DNA from: Camelus dromedarius
Taxonomy: Eukaryota
Reading direction: 5' to 3'
Length of the DNA stretch: 64,000 bases
Assembly: GCF_036321535.1 (NCBI RefSeq)
Contig: NC_087436.1
Span: 28,646,001-28,710,000 of the forward strand
A program made the position numbers and the translations under genes. Numbering within the stretch: position 1 is the stretch's first letter; each line of letters starts with the position of its first letter. Shown here piece by piece: positions 1-13,008 of the stretch. The notes under the pieces were generated by a model, which saw only the letters and a list, made by a program, of their open reading frames with translations, was not told the DNA's origin and made no database searches.

Positions 1-779
1 ACTTTTCACTCTCAATTTCCTTTCCTATTGAAAAGAAAATTTAGATCAAATTATCACTAATGCTCTATCAATATAGAATTATAATATTTGTTACCATAAA
101 TTACCTTTATTTATAGTGAAAGACATCCTTCATATTTTATAAAATATGAAAAATAAGGTCTGAACCTTTTCAATAACCAACTTAATTTAAAGAGCTAGCA
201 GACATAAGTATGTAATAAAGATACATGAAATGATCTTTTAAGTATGTTTTTCCCTCTAGTGTAGATAATTGAAAATACTATATGCTTAGCAATCAAGAAG
301 GAACTAAATGTTATCAATATATTAAATCGGTTATATTGCCTAGATTCTGAAGTTCAATTATAATGAAAAGAATATTTTGGGCAATCCAAATTGACTTAAT
401 GGAAACAAATTACACCCCCCACACACCCGTACAAATAATCTTAAAGTCTTGCTATTTTTTGAATTAGCAGGATTGATTCTTCTTTTAATATTAAAATACT
501 CATTAAATAAATACATCCATTTAAAAATTTATTAAAATTACAAGTGAAAGAGGGGTACAGTTATGACACTAAGAAATAATTTCAAATGTTTTAACTATCT
601 GAAACTAGGTGAGAGCTTTTGGTATGTACGTATCAAGCATTCTTAATGTTTCTAATATAATTGCCAGTTTTAAGGATATAGCAAATTGAATGCCAAATAC
701 CTTATTCTGTCAATTTTTTGTTAAAAAAATGTTAGAACCTGATTTCACTGGGTTTAAGTCAAAGTGTCAACAGGATCGA

Positions 780-1084
780 GGACAAAACCACTTTCTTGTC
801 CTTTCCAGCTTCTGGGGACCATCCAGGTTCATTGGCTCATGGTCTCCTGTTTACCAAGCAGCGATGGTCTGTTGAGTCTTCCTCACACACATTCCTCTCT
901 CTCTTACATCTCTCTTGCTCTCACAAGAACCCTTAGGATTATACAGAGCCTACCCAGATAATCCAAGATGATCTTCCCATATCAAGATCCTTTTCAAAGC
1001 ACCCTTTGATCAATAAAGTAGACACATTCACAGATTCTGGGAATTAGGAGGACATCTTGGGGTGGAGCATTTTTCTGCTACCAA
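780..1084 (-). mobile_element. MaLR LTR fragment (MLT1-type)
   Basis: Contains cccagataatccaagatgatcttcccatatcaagatcc and cacattcacagattctgggaattagga, the reverse complement of the MLT1 5' consensus as recalled. Confidence 0.75.
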
Positions 1085-2967
1085 TCTCTGCACTGGAAAT
1101 CACCAACATTTTGTTTTCACCAGCTCCCTCAATTGCATAAAGGAATCCGCATCCCCAGTCCTAGTCATTCTCCCTTATTGGCTCTGTGCATAGTGTGCTA
1201 TCTGAAATCTACCCCCGTTTTTATAAACTAACTTACTCCAACCTTATAAATACTCCTATGAATTTAGGGTTTAGAAAGCAAACACCAAAACTTACAGACA
1301 GCTTGTGGGGTTTCCTTCTGTCTCATATCTTTCCCTTGAAAATGAATGATGAAAGGAAATTCAGGGAAAATAACAAAGAAGATAAAAAACATTAATATGA
1401 GGTTAATATCTCAAAATATCATAGAATCAAATATGCTAATATTTAGAAAACCTAGAAAATGCTTACCTTAGGAAATAAATAAAATTATATAACACCAACA
1501 CATTAAAAAATAATAAAATCTATAAGGATTATTTTTAACATCAATTAACGGTAAAAAGATGTTCTCATTAGTTAAAGTAGAGCACTTCACACAGTGCAGA
1601 TAATGAATACGGGTAATCAAGTCCCTTAAATAAATTTACTTTATTACACAAATTATGCACCTCAATTATTAATTTGGCCTGTTGTCTTTAGATAATCATT
1701 CAATTCTCATGTGTGCAATTTTCCTCAGTTAGAACATGTGATGAATATGATAGAGGTGGAATTTTCTAAATGTTGGTATATTGAAATCTATACCCCAGTG
1801 CTAATTCTTTTTTTTTTTTTTTTTTGGTACATTGTACTGTTTCATGCCTTTTTTGAAGGATAAATTGTTTCAATTGCCTGCAATCACCAATCCTTGTTAA
1901 GGAGACTCGTTCCTAGAACTGAGCCCAGTGCTAGCACAAACTTAAGTAGTCTCCAAAGCTGTTTTTATTAAGTAATTTAAAGATCTATTGAAATAGTATA
2001 TGTAGGTCACCAAAAATAAGAAATGTCTACACAATTGTATCAAAATAATAAATTTTTTAATAGTGTCTACCAAATAATCTCTCTTTGTTAAATGCAAACT
2101 AATGAAGTATTTTGTATTCAACACTTGGGTTCCTATCACTTGCTATGGGAGTTCTTAAATATTTAAGAAGTAAACCTACTGCTTTGCAGCTAACCTTGGA
2201 ATATCTTCCTCGTAATACCTGTCTTTCCAGTGCAAGTGAATTATACACAGACAGAAGAACAGGAGGCACACAGCAAGGCAACAATAAATCCGGTCATCCC
2301 ATTGGAGAATTCATAGTAACTGGAGAATTTGCTAAAGCTATGTAATTGGAACAAGATGTGGACATTTTCTATTTGTTAATAATAAACATTAATATGTTTT
2401 ATTTGACCACAGACAACACTCTCAGTTAAAAGACAGAATTGTTAAAAACATCAAAATATCTCTACAGTTATTTGGTCAAAAATATATGTTCTAAAATATA
2501 TGTATTACAAATCTAAACCTAGGCACACTTCATACTAAAATGGTATTTTTTTTTCACTTAAATTCTGTTGTAATTCTTAACCTAGGGCACTCATGAATGA
2601 TACCTGAAACAAAGATATAGCTATGAAAAAAGTAGTTAAAGGCAAAGACAAAATTAATGAAGCATAGCTTTTCAGAGGTCATTTTTCTATCCCTTTGCGT
2701 GTGTCCTTATATAATACGGAGAACCTTTCCTCACTTTAGGCCATCTGCCCCTTTGTCAAATACACTTGAAATTGTTGGTGGTATTAAAATGATTTAGTAT
2801 GATAATCCCTACGAAGTGAACTTTAAATGTTAGTTTCACAGAAAAATGATTCCTAAAGTATAACGTCAAATTTCTGGCTGCCATTTAACGTGAAATTTAA
2901 AGTAGAATTATTTAAGAGAAGCTTTATTTTATTTATCGCACCACCTGTGACAGATTCTTTTTTTTAA

Positions 2968-3171
2968 TCACAGGCAGTTTGAGGCCAGGATTGCCTTTGG
3001 AGAGTAATTGTGCCTCTAGCCTCCCAAGTCTGCATTTCATGACATCACGTTGATAGCTTCAAATCAGCAATTTAGGGAGCATTTACAGTACATAAATCAG
3101 TAAATACTGCAAATCAGGGTTCCTCCCCACCCCACCCAGCTGGTTCTTAACCGCTGACCAGCGCATCACTG
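2968..3171 (-). mobile_element. MER63-like non-autonomous hAT DNA transposon
   Basis: tgacatcacgttgatagcttcaaatcagc...tactgcaaatcaggg...ccagcgcatcactg follows the MER63 consensus as recalled. It ends in the cactg terminus. Confidence 0.7.
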
Positions 3172-4461
3172 TGATGCTGACACTAGCGGTCTCAGTCTGG
3201 CCTCAGCTGCGTGTCGCTAGACAGTCACTAAGGGGAAACACTTAAAAATAGAGCTGCCTCCTGTACTTTTTGAACTATTATAGTTTAATTGTGTAAAGTT
3301 TACTTCCTTTGTGTCTACAGATACCTAAGCGACAGAAAAATGCTGATTTTACACTTTTTATATTCCATTACTGCACTTGACAAGTTGAACATATTTTCCT
3401 TAAAAAGTCTAATTAATGGCTAAAAGGAGAGAGCCCTTAAGTGTAGATTGCTTATTAGTAAGTGCATAACAAAAAAGTCAGCAAGACCCAGGGTGAAAAT
3501 GAGGTCAAATGGAGAATTTTTGATTGGATATTGATTTAACAAATTTTAACTGAATAAAAATACACACTATGCTATCCAAGGCAGTAAAGAAAATAAGTTC
3601 TTACATTGTAAAGACAAACGCCTAAACCAATATTTATAGAATATTGTGATAACTACTTTCATGAATGCCCAGAGTAATTTGAGAAACCTAAAGACCCATC
3701 TGATATTTGAAGTCATAGATCTAACCACCATCCTTTTTAATTATTTATCTATTTTCAAAATAATAAATGAATAACCTTTCTTTAGTATAATCTGGATTCC
3801 TGCTTTTTCAATTATGAGGTCACTTTAGGGAAAACAGCATTGCATATTCTGCATAAAATAAATAAAAATATCACTATGTATGGATTTAGAAAAGACTAAT
3901 ATGCATATAGATTTATGGAACTAAGGCAGTAGCCAAAAGCCTATGGAATTTGGGGGCTCTTTAGAAACCACCACTGTAGAATTTTCTATTTATTGGAAAA
4001 TTTTGCAACCTTCAGTTGCTTTTTATATGTACAAATATAAAAACAAATGTGGAAACATTGTATAAAGTGTTTACTTCCTGTAAATATTCCCCATAAATAT
4101 GTAGCTGTTAGCTTCCTTATGTGCATGGTCCATAGCTCTTTAGGAGGCAAACAGGATAATACCTTACTTTTAAAGTTTCAAGTTAAAAATGTAGAGATAG
4201 TATGAAGACAGTATCACCTCTAAAATCTTCATCGATAATGTGTGTTTTTAGTCATAAACATTTTTTTTAAAGTTATGCTTCTCCACTTTTGGTTTTTCTC
4301 TAGCGTATAAAACAGGAAGGAGCTTCCTCCCAAACTTATAATGGAAACAGTCTGGACTAACTTCAGATTCACTGCCTTATTTAAACTCATCTGAGAGCTA
4401 AGGTTAAAAATATGAGGAAATGTGGGGCTGCAGGAGAAAGGATAAGGCAGCACATCCTTAC

Positions 4462-5050
4462 CTGGAAAAGATGCAACAAGATAAAAGTGAGAACGTTTAG
4501 GTAAAATAGTTGACGTGTTGGGGACGGCCAAGCAGGCTGGTGAAGCAACGTGAACCCATGGGGCAGCAGAAACTGGGGGGTCTGCACTCTCTTGCAGATC
4601 TTCTTCCTCAAACTCCACTGAGAGTTTCTAGAGAAGATCAGAAAGACCACTAAAACTCTCCCGTGTGGTGCACACGTAGAAGAGGGAAACAGGAGGAGAC
4701 TGGGAGGGTCAAAACCAAACCCAGACGCTTCTGCCCTGTGGTTTTACAGCACAACTGTAATCTGTGGGGAGATGGCAACAGGCTTTGCTGCTGGTAGGAT
4801 GTTGGTGAAAACTCCTCACAGCTGGAAGAGGAGGAAAAAGGGGAGGCTTGGGGCGCTGCTCCTGTGGGAAGCGATCAGGGTGAAACAATTAAGCATTGAT
4901 TTTACGTGGCTAATTTCTTAGTGAACAAAAAAGTCATTTAAAAAGTGCATGTAACTCCTCTGGTAGGTAGTAGGATCTGTGTTAAACATACTCCGTCGCC
5001 TAAATTTCAAATTAAATGAGGTTAAATTCAGCGCAGCTTAATCTAAGATT
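4462..5050 (-). promoter_or_regulatory. Candidate promoter / non-coding first exon (or recursive splice site) of an unidentified minus-strand gene
   Basis: Repeat-free block, richer in GC and CpG than its flanks. Minus-strand TTTTCCAG|GTAAGG junction at 4462/4461. TACGTG, CAATTAAG and TAATC motifs at about 4885-5045. No convincing coding frame. Confidence 0.4.
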
Positions 5051-6059
5051 GTATTTTTCATTTTAAAATACACTTTTGTTTAGGCTCTTCAAAATTTTCA
5101 TTGCTTGCTGAAGTGTATTAAATAATTACCTTAAAATATAAGCTTTATAAGTAATCTCTGTTCTTCAGAAATTGAATCAAGTACTAAGAAATATCAGATA
5201 AACAATACGAAGGCAATAAAGAACCAGAGCAAATTCACCACCACGGTGAATAAATAGAAGGGAGATGAATGTTTCCCAGGTAGCATAAGATAAAGGCACA
5301 GCATCAGGCATGTTTTCTTTTCCTTTAAAATACTGTGTTTATATTAAATTTTAAAGGAGTGGGGGAGGTATGTAAATTGTCTGCTAAAAAGTATTTTAAA
5401 TTTTACTAAAATGTACACACAGGCAAAAATCTAATATAAGTAAGTTTAAACATTAGACCCTTTAAGATAGCATTTGTTTTCACTAATCTGTTGCCTCTTT
5501 TCTTTGTAAAACGTGCTGAACATGTATAGAAAAAGAACATTGTATTTATGAAAAGGAGGGATGTTTTTAAAAGCCTTGACAAAGTACAAGCCCTAAAAAT
5601 ACTTGCTGCTGAATAGGTGTGGGTGAGACAACTATAAAAGATCAGAAATAAAGACCCAGAAATATGAAGGAGGACACTGCATTTAGATGTCTTTGTAAGT
5701 GTCTTTAAGTTCTCACCTCACCTTAAAAAACTGAAAACGGAAATTGTGGAAGGCACACTGCGAGCAGGGTATATAAAAGAAAAGTGATAAGCATCTATCT
5801 TCAGGAAACTGAAGCTTAGTGCTATAACAAAATATTATGAAAAAGTATAGTTTTATATATTTGATGTTAAAATAAATAATTTATTTTTCCAAGTAACCCA
5901 AAACTCCTAATCCCAACGAGGAAGAGTTTCTGCTCTTATTCCCTCATTCTCAGCTGCGAGACACAATGATTGTCACTCTTTACACAATTTATTTTCCTAG
6001 TTCTTTTTGGTTATCTTCAAGAAGTTATTATTATTGGTCAATCTACATTTATTTCTTTT

Positions 6060-7300
6060 CTTATTTTTATTTTAAGTAAAGCTTTTGAGGAGCAATTGTA
6101 GATCGACAAGAACATTGACAGAAAAGTTCAGAGATTCCTCTGCTCCCATAGGTTCATAGCCTCCCTCATTGTCAACGTCCCCAGCAGAGTGGTATGTCTG
6201 CTACAGTTGATAAACCTACATTTACATATAATCAATAAAGTCCATAGGTTACCTTAACATTATTTTTGGCATGGTTCATTCTATCTAGATTTGAATAAAT
6301 GTACAGCGACATGTATCCATTATTAAGGTAGCATACAGAGACTTTTCACTGCCCTAAAAATCCTCTGTGCTTTGCCTCCTCATCACTCCCCACTCGACAA
6401 CTCCTGGAAGCTACTGTTCCTTTTACTGTCTTTGTAGTTTTGCCTTTTTCAGAATGTCATGTAGTTGGAATCATATAGTATGTATGATATATACACAGCC
6501 TGCACAATCTACTATATTGTATTGCGATTTTGAACAAACTGCTGTTAGATCAATTAATAAAAAGAAAAATAAAAATTTTATTTTACCTCTACTTATCCTT
6601 TCTTTAATATTCCTCCTTACTTTATGTCGATTTGAGTTTCCGACCTATATTATTTTCTTTCTTTAAAGAATTTCTTTTAAGAATCCTTTCAAATCAGGTC
6701 TACTGTCAATAAAGTCCCTCCGGGCTTTATTTTTCCTTTACTTTTAAAGGATAATTTCATTGGTACAGAATTCTAGGTTGGCGGGTTTTATTTTTCTTTC
6801 AATGCTTGAAATATTGCATTTCAAGCTCTTTTTGACTGGATGGTTTCTGAGGAGAAGCCGATGTCATGCTCTATAGGTGAGATTTTTTTATTCTCTCTGG
6901 CTTCTTTCAGGAGTTTTTCTTTGTCTTTGATTTTTCTGTAGTTTAAAAATGGCATGCCTAGGTGTGTTTTGGGGTACATTATCTTGTTTAGTGTTCTCTG
7001 AGCTCCCTGGATCTGAGGTTTGGTGTCTGACATTAATCTGGGGACATCTCAGCTATTATTATTTCAAATATTTGTTTGTACTTTTCTCTCCTTTTTCTTC
7101 TGCTATTCCTACTACATGTGTATTTCCCCTTTTGTAGTTTCCCACAGTTCTTCAATACTCTGGTTTTGGGGGATTTTTTGTTTGTTTGTTTGTTTGGTCT
7201 GTTCTTTTTCCAGTATTCAAGGATTCTGTTGAGACATTCTCTAGCTCAGAGGTTGTTTCCTCAGCCTATATTTAATTTTCAAACGTTCTTTCTTGTATCT
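6060..7300 (-). mobile_element. Old LINE-1 (L1MC-like): 3' end joined to ORF1 region
   Basis: 6070-6480 matches the L1MC1/2-type 3' UTR (ttcactgccctaaaaatcctctgtgct). ORF 6821-7033 (PQIQGAQRT..KDKEKLLKEAR..FSSETIQ) is L1 ORF1p-like. Confidence 0.85.
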
Positions 7301-8386
7301 TATTCCATTGTCTAACCACCTTGTCTGACGTCTAAGTTTTTTTGATTATATTTATTTATCATATTATTGGATGTCTTTTTCTTCCCTCCTATTTTATTTG
7401 TCTCTTTTATTTCACTCTCTTATCATCTTTGACTTTCTTTCCTTCAGGGTTTATTTTTCTATGTTATTTCTGGGTCTTTGTATTTTATGTTTCATAAAGA
7501 TTTTGTGATTCTTGTATTGTCATTCATAAATGAGAACAGAAAATAATTTTTTTTAAATATGACTGAGAGGTCTGTGTACATGTGCAAAATTTGTGAAATA
7601 GCTGTCTTTAGGATACACGAGAAAGGAATCTACCATTATGTTGAGGATGCATTAAGTACCACCAGGAGCAAGTCCCAATACTAACAGCAGAGTTCTCAGT
7701 TACTCCACTATTTTCCATGATTAGAAAATAACCTTATTTGTTGTTTTATTTTGTTTTTAATTTTGCCATAAGTATTTATTTATATGTATGCCCTTTTGTT
7801 CATTTTTAACCTGGGGTTACATAACTAAGCGCTAACGTGTGTGCACTGGGTAAAATAAGAGTTGGGAGGAGAGAGTTCTGTTTCATCCATTCCTATGCTC
7901 AGCCCACATCTCACCATCCTGTCCAGCCCTCCAAGGATCTCCTGAGCAGATAAGCTTCCTCTCTCGTTGTCATCCTCTTTGCTAGTAATTTAGGCTGTCA
8001 TTTCAGCTATTCTGCTTCCTTTCCTTCATTGTAATTTTAAAGGAATTGCATGAACTAGATGAACATTTTTGTTCTTTCTGCCATCTTGAATTTAAAAACC
8101 TTCAATTTTCTACTGTTAAATTTTCTGTTAATCTATTTATACATTTTTTAAAAAGTATTAAAGCACGTATTTCCAACTCTTCATTACTCATCTATGTAAA
8201 TAATTTTAATCTTTTGAAGTATGGAGAAAAACTGTGAGACTGATTTGTATTTACATTTGAAAATAATGCCTTCTGGAAGTGAATGGGAAGACTGCATCAA
8301 GACTACTTAAAGCTATTCAATTACGATTGCTTGGCTGCAGAACTCTTCTAACAGCCCTCAAAACTTAATGCACTTAATGTTCATCC

Positions 8387-9122
8387 TGTCAATGATAAAC
8401 AAAGCTGAACATTAAACCAGTGAAAACAGATTTTATTCAGTAATTACTGACAATAGGGGGAGAATCTGAAATCCATTCTGATGTCTGCAGAGAGGACAGG
8501 ATATTTTAAAAGGAGGATGAGAGAGTAAGGAAGGGGTGCAACCAGGCTCAAATAGTGAGAGAAGTGAAAAATGACAAGTGATTGGTCAGTGTAAATGCCA
8601 TTAGACCAGCTGTGTCTGCTGGCTGACAATTATCAAATTAGGGCTCTCTCCTCCCACACAGACTGGGAGGCTAAAGCTTTGTACTTCCTGGTGATGACAT
8701 TTCAAAAAATTGCTTTCAAGTCCGTGAGAAAGACACCTCTGAATTGTCAGAGATAAACATTCATCTCAAATGGACAGAGGAAAGTTTCGCAATTGTTTAA
8801 GTCCTTTTTAGCATATGCCCTAAGAGAGGGAGGACAGGGTAATGGCTAGAACAAACAAATTTTTTTTTTTAAGGAATACATTCATTTATTTTTAAGACTA
8901 CACTTAAATTGTACAAAAATGGTTACTAATTTTTTTTAATTGAAGTATAGTCAGTTTACAAATTCTTTTGACAGCCCTGAGCCAGACAGGAGCTCAAAAG
9001 GGGTGGACTTGCCCCAGGAACTTGGCCTTAGGCTGCTAGAGGCCATGCTAGGGTTGGTCAGGTCTCCTAATGCAGGTGTTTGGATCTAGATCTTATGTGC
9101 CAAGGTTGTTTTGCAGTTTTCA
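8387..9122 (-). mobile_element. ERV1-class solo LTR (MER31/MER67-like)
   Basis: TG...CA termini with a perfect 4-bp TSD atcc (8383-8386 and 9123-9126). AATAAA on the minus strand near 8430. Confidence 0.8.
8862..8957 (-). mobile_element. Extremely 5'-truncated young L1 with putative 3' transduction, inserted in the LTR
   Basis: TSD acaaatt (8855-8861 and 8958-8964). The minus strand reads L1 terminus aaactgactatacttcaatt, A-tract, about 55 bp unique sequence containing AATAAA, then a second A-tract. Confidence 0.7.
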
Positions 9123-10559
9123 ATCCAATAGCTTAAAATTCCACACTTTACGCTAAGGAAAAAAGAACTGTGGATGAACTGGATGTATCACATTATTTGG
9201 TGCTCATCAAACACTGTGAATTTCAGAAATATCTCTCTTAGTCTTACTAATGTGAGCATTAAATAGAGAAATAAAATGAAGCAATAAATTAAAAATATTG
9301 CCTACATTTTCAAAATTTGGTAGCACTGAATATCAAGAAGCTTTTATAAAATCACTTTTTTCAGCTTAAATGTGAAGAAATATAGTAAAATAAAAACACA
9401 TTTTATTTTACTGCCTCTTTGTTCTTGCTTCATTTTGGCATTGCTGACTAGCTAGTTTACATCCTTAAAATCCACTCATATATTGGACACCATCAAGCAT
9501 CATGCTATTACTTCTTGTGCTTCTGCACTAAAATTATATGTATCAAAATCACAGTAATTATTCTTAAATGATGTAATGTGCTTAACAAAAAGCCAGGCAC
9601 TTAATTAGCACTCAATAAATGTTAGTTTATTTCTTGTTTTGGTTGTTGCTGTAATTATTTAACTGACGCATTCTCAGGTCCCTTTAGTGACTGTTTTTTG
9701 TAGATTTAATTGCTTCTTTTCTTTTTACTTAATAGAAGCTTTGCTCTTCTACCATGTGTACTTATGATGATTCTCTGTTGAACATCTTCAGCCAACACTC
9801 TGTGTTCCATTTCATTCCCATAAAGCCAAACACTTAAAAGTAACTCACACTTAATATAAAAAATATTCATAATTTAACTCAACATTCCACCTTACAAATA
9901 GCATCAGCCTTCTGCAGTTCTAATTTCCCTCTCCTTTACCTTCCCTTTCCAATGCATTGTTTTCTAGAAATACCAAACCCCCAAGCTCTTTGACCTTATA
10001 TTTTTAACATTAGCTACATTTCCTCCCTGGGTCAGGGGATGATGGGGGGGAGGGTGTTTTTGCAGGTTTCACCCAGAGCATTTCCACTTTTTCCCTTTGA
10101 CTGTGTTATGTACCTACTGCTGTGCAGAAACAACTCCTTTCTAAAACAATATAGAATTTCATATTTTAAGTAGTTACTCAACATTAATTTACTTACTTAC
10201 CAGGCATTAACTCCCTTGTGTCTGAAGCTTGAGTGCCAGAATCTAGTTTGCATTCTAAAAAATATTTTTAAGTAGATGACGAATATGGAACTGGTTATAA
10301 CCAATAAAAGTTTATACTTCTTAGATAACATCAAAGAAGAAAAGTATTTGCATATCTCCTTTATGACATTAGAATTGGTATCTATGCATAAAAGAATGTG
10401 CAATTGTGGCATTAGATATTAAATATGGGGACATGATGTCTTTAATAGAGGTTATTAAGTCTCATTATACATGGTTTATATAATCCCAAATCCATTTTTG
10501 AGTTCTTCCTCACCAATCAAATCTCTATCTTTTTTTTTGTCCTTCAATGTGTCTATATG

Positions 10560-10970
10560 CTTAGATTATCAGTTGCATTTCCCTAACTTTCATCGAGAGT
10601 TATCCAGGTAACAAAATTCTGGCCAACTAGATCAAAGCAAATGGTTTCTGGAGCTGCCTGGGAAGGTCCTGCTTTTCTACCACATCTAGTTTGTTGCATC
10701 TTCATCTTCCTGGGTAGCATATAGGAAAAAGGATGGCAATGCTGAGGTGTCTTTGTGAACATTTCACAGTTATGAGAGCAACTACTCAAAGTACTGTAAC
10801 TGAATGATAGTATGTGACAGGGACATTAAAGAAATTATGGAGTCATTGTATCCATCCTGGGTCACCTACTTTTAGACATGGTAAGTGAAAAATCAAATCT
10901 ACTGTTGATCAAACCATTCTTGTCAGGTATTTCATATACCTGTAGTTAAATGAAATCACTAAATGAATCA
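10560..10970 (+). mobile_element. Degenerate old MaLR LTR (MLT1I/J/K-like)
   Basis: ttctggccaa near the start and aaaccattcttgtcaggtatttc...tgtagttaaatg at the 3' end resemble old MLT1 consensus. Confidence 0.5.
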
Positions 10971-12065
10971 ATATACTATAGGACATATTCAAAATAATTT
11001 GGAGATAGACTCAAGGTGAGGACTATGATCTAGATTTTATTAGAAACCAAACAAATTTGAATATAATTAATGAAAAACAGAATATTTAAAAAAAATTTTG
11101 TCATATATAGAATGCAAGAAAACATAACTAGATTCAAAAGCCATTTTTAGGAAAAAGATAGAAGCTAAATCCTGCCAGTCAAATTAGAAACATTTTCTGT
11201 TTTTGAAGTAGTTGTAAGATTCTCAGACAAATAGGAGGCTATGGCTGACAGGGCACAATGCTTGTCTTTTCCAGATGCTTGCTTTGCATCCTTAGTTCTC
11301 TTAAGATTCAGTTATCTCCAGTTTCAAATTTCATAAAACTGAAATCAAGGTGTCAGTAAGAGACATAGAACATATTTTTCTGTCTTGGTAATTCAGAAAT
11401 AATATGAACTAGCTAAGAATATCAAAATTATTCTATCAGGAAATTATGTAGGTTTCTGTATACATTTTAATTTAAAAACACATGTATAAACATATACGCA
11501 TGTTTGTTAATACTCACAAATAATTACATGCATCTTGTTACCGGTTTTAGAATGAATTCCTCTTCTGAAGATTTGATGACTTTCTAGCCACACATCCTGA
11601 GATTCAGTATTTCATTCCCACTTTTTTGCCTTCATCATGTTCAAGTGCCTGCTAGCTTCCTCAGGCTCCATTCATCTCTTCATCAACTTATTACAACAAT
11701 GCTGAGATTTTTCCCTCTTGTGCCCAAATGCTTGAGTGTAATAAAATTTATGTTGACATTCATCCTTGAGATTCATTTATCCTTGGATGAATGTCCTGCC
11801 TGCTCTGTTCTTTGACCACACTTTCCCGTTGCCGAGTCCTTTCTCAAAGCAGGACTCATAACTTTCTTACCTCCCATCTCTGAATAGAAATATGCTGTAT
11901 TAAAAAAAAATTCTTAAATCTGAATTACAGATTCCAGAGAAAAGGAAGGAGGCCTATGAAGCAAAAATAGATGCTGATCTAGAGAATCAATTTTTCTCTA
12001 GTAAATGGATTATTCCCAAAAGGAGGCAGAGCAAAATCTTTTGGTTAACCACGGGTTTCAAACGG

Positions 12066-12690
12066 GTTTTTTAGTTTCTATTGCTGTGGTAACAGATTCC
12101 TACAAATTTAGCCGTAGGATGCAACACCCATGCGTTATCTCACAGTTCTGCAGGTCAGCATCCAGGTATAGATTCTCACACAGCTGTGTCCTCTGCTTCA
12201 GTTTTCATAAAACTGAAATCAAGGTGTCAGTCAGTAAGGCTGCATTCCTTTCCTGAGGCTCTGGATCCACTTCCAAGATCACCCAAGTTGTGGGTTCCAC
12301 CTGGTGGTTGTAGGACTGAGGTCCCCATTTTGGTGCCAGCTGTCAGGTCCAGTGCAGTCAGTCTTTGCTCCTAGAGGCTGCCACATTTCTTCTCAGGTGT
12401 TCCACGCAACTTCTGTGCAGGGACTGCAGGTCAGGTCTCTCTCTACTTCCCATTCCTCCTCTTTCTCCTTCTGCTACACTCCTGGCTTCTAGCCAGAGAA
12501 AATACTCTGCTTTTAAAGGCTCATGTGATTAGACTGGATCACTAAGATAAGCCAGGATAATCTCCTTATTTTAAGGTCCATAACCTTAATTATATCTGCA
12601 AAATCCCTTGTAAAGCATAATGTAGCACATTCACAGATTCCAAGGATTAGAACTTAGACATACTGAGGGGCCGTTTTTCAGCCTACCACA
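12066..12690 (-). mobile_element. MaLR LTR (MLT1E-like), near full length
   Basis: Starts ttagtttctattgctgtggtaaca and ends tcagcctaccaca. Contains ccaggataatctccttattttaaggtc. Confidence 0.85.
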
Positions 12691-13008
12691 CCCACACACC
12701 AAGTTGTTGGAAGAAAAAAATCTAAGGAAACACCCCTGATTGATTTTCCTTTTCAAACTCAAAAATACCTCTATTTACCCACGTCTTTCCTCTCATTACT
12801 CCTGACTCGAGATGTTATTTCTCATAATCATGGTAAATTTATATCATTTTCTGCTGTTCTCCTGTGGGCTGGAATGTTAAAGAAGGTTTTGTGCATGTGT
12901 GCATTTGTTTGTTTTCAGGCATAAGAGAATTTAAAACAAGAAAGCAAGCATCACTTAGATAGTTGATGTCCACGGCTGTTGTCTCTTTGCCACATTACCC
13001 TAATTATT

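Noticed and set aside
2112..2370. Coding exon or RNase H relic (YST..LA..LYTD)
   Set aside because: All minus-strand frames contain stops between plausible splice sites, and motif spacing does not fit RNase H. A non-coding exon cannot be excluded but is unsupported.
4229..4650. ORFs 4229-4618 and 4387-4650 as coding exons
   Set aside because: Non-ATG starts and no recognisable protein similarity. The nearby real ATG (about 4559, minus strand) hits a stop before the splice donor.
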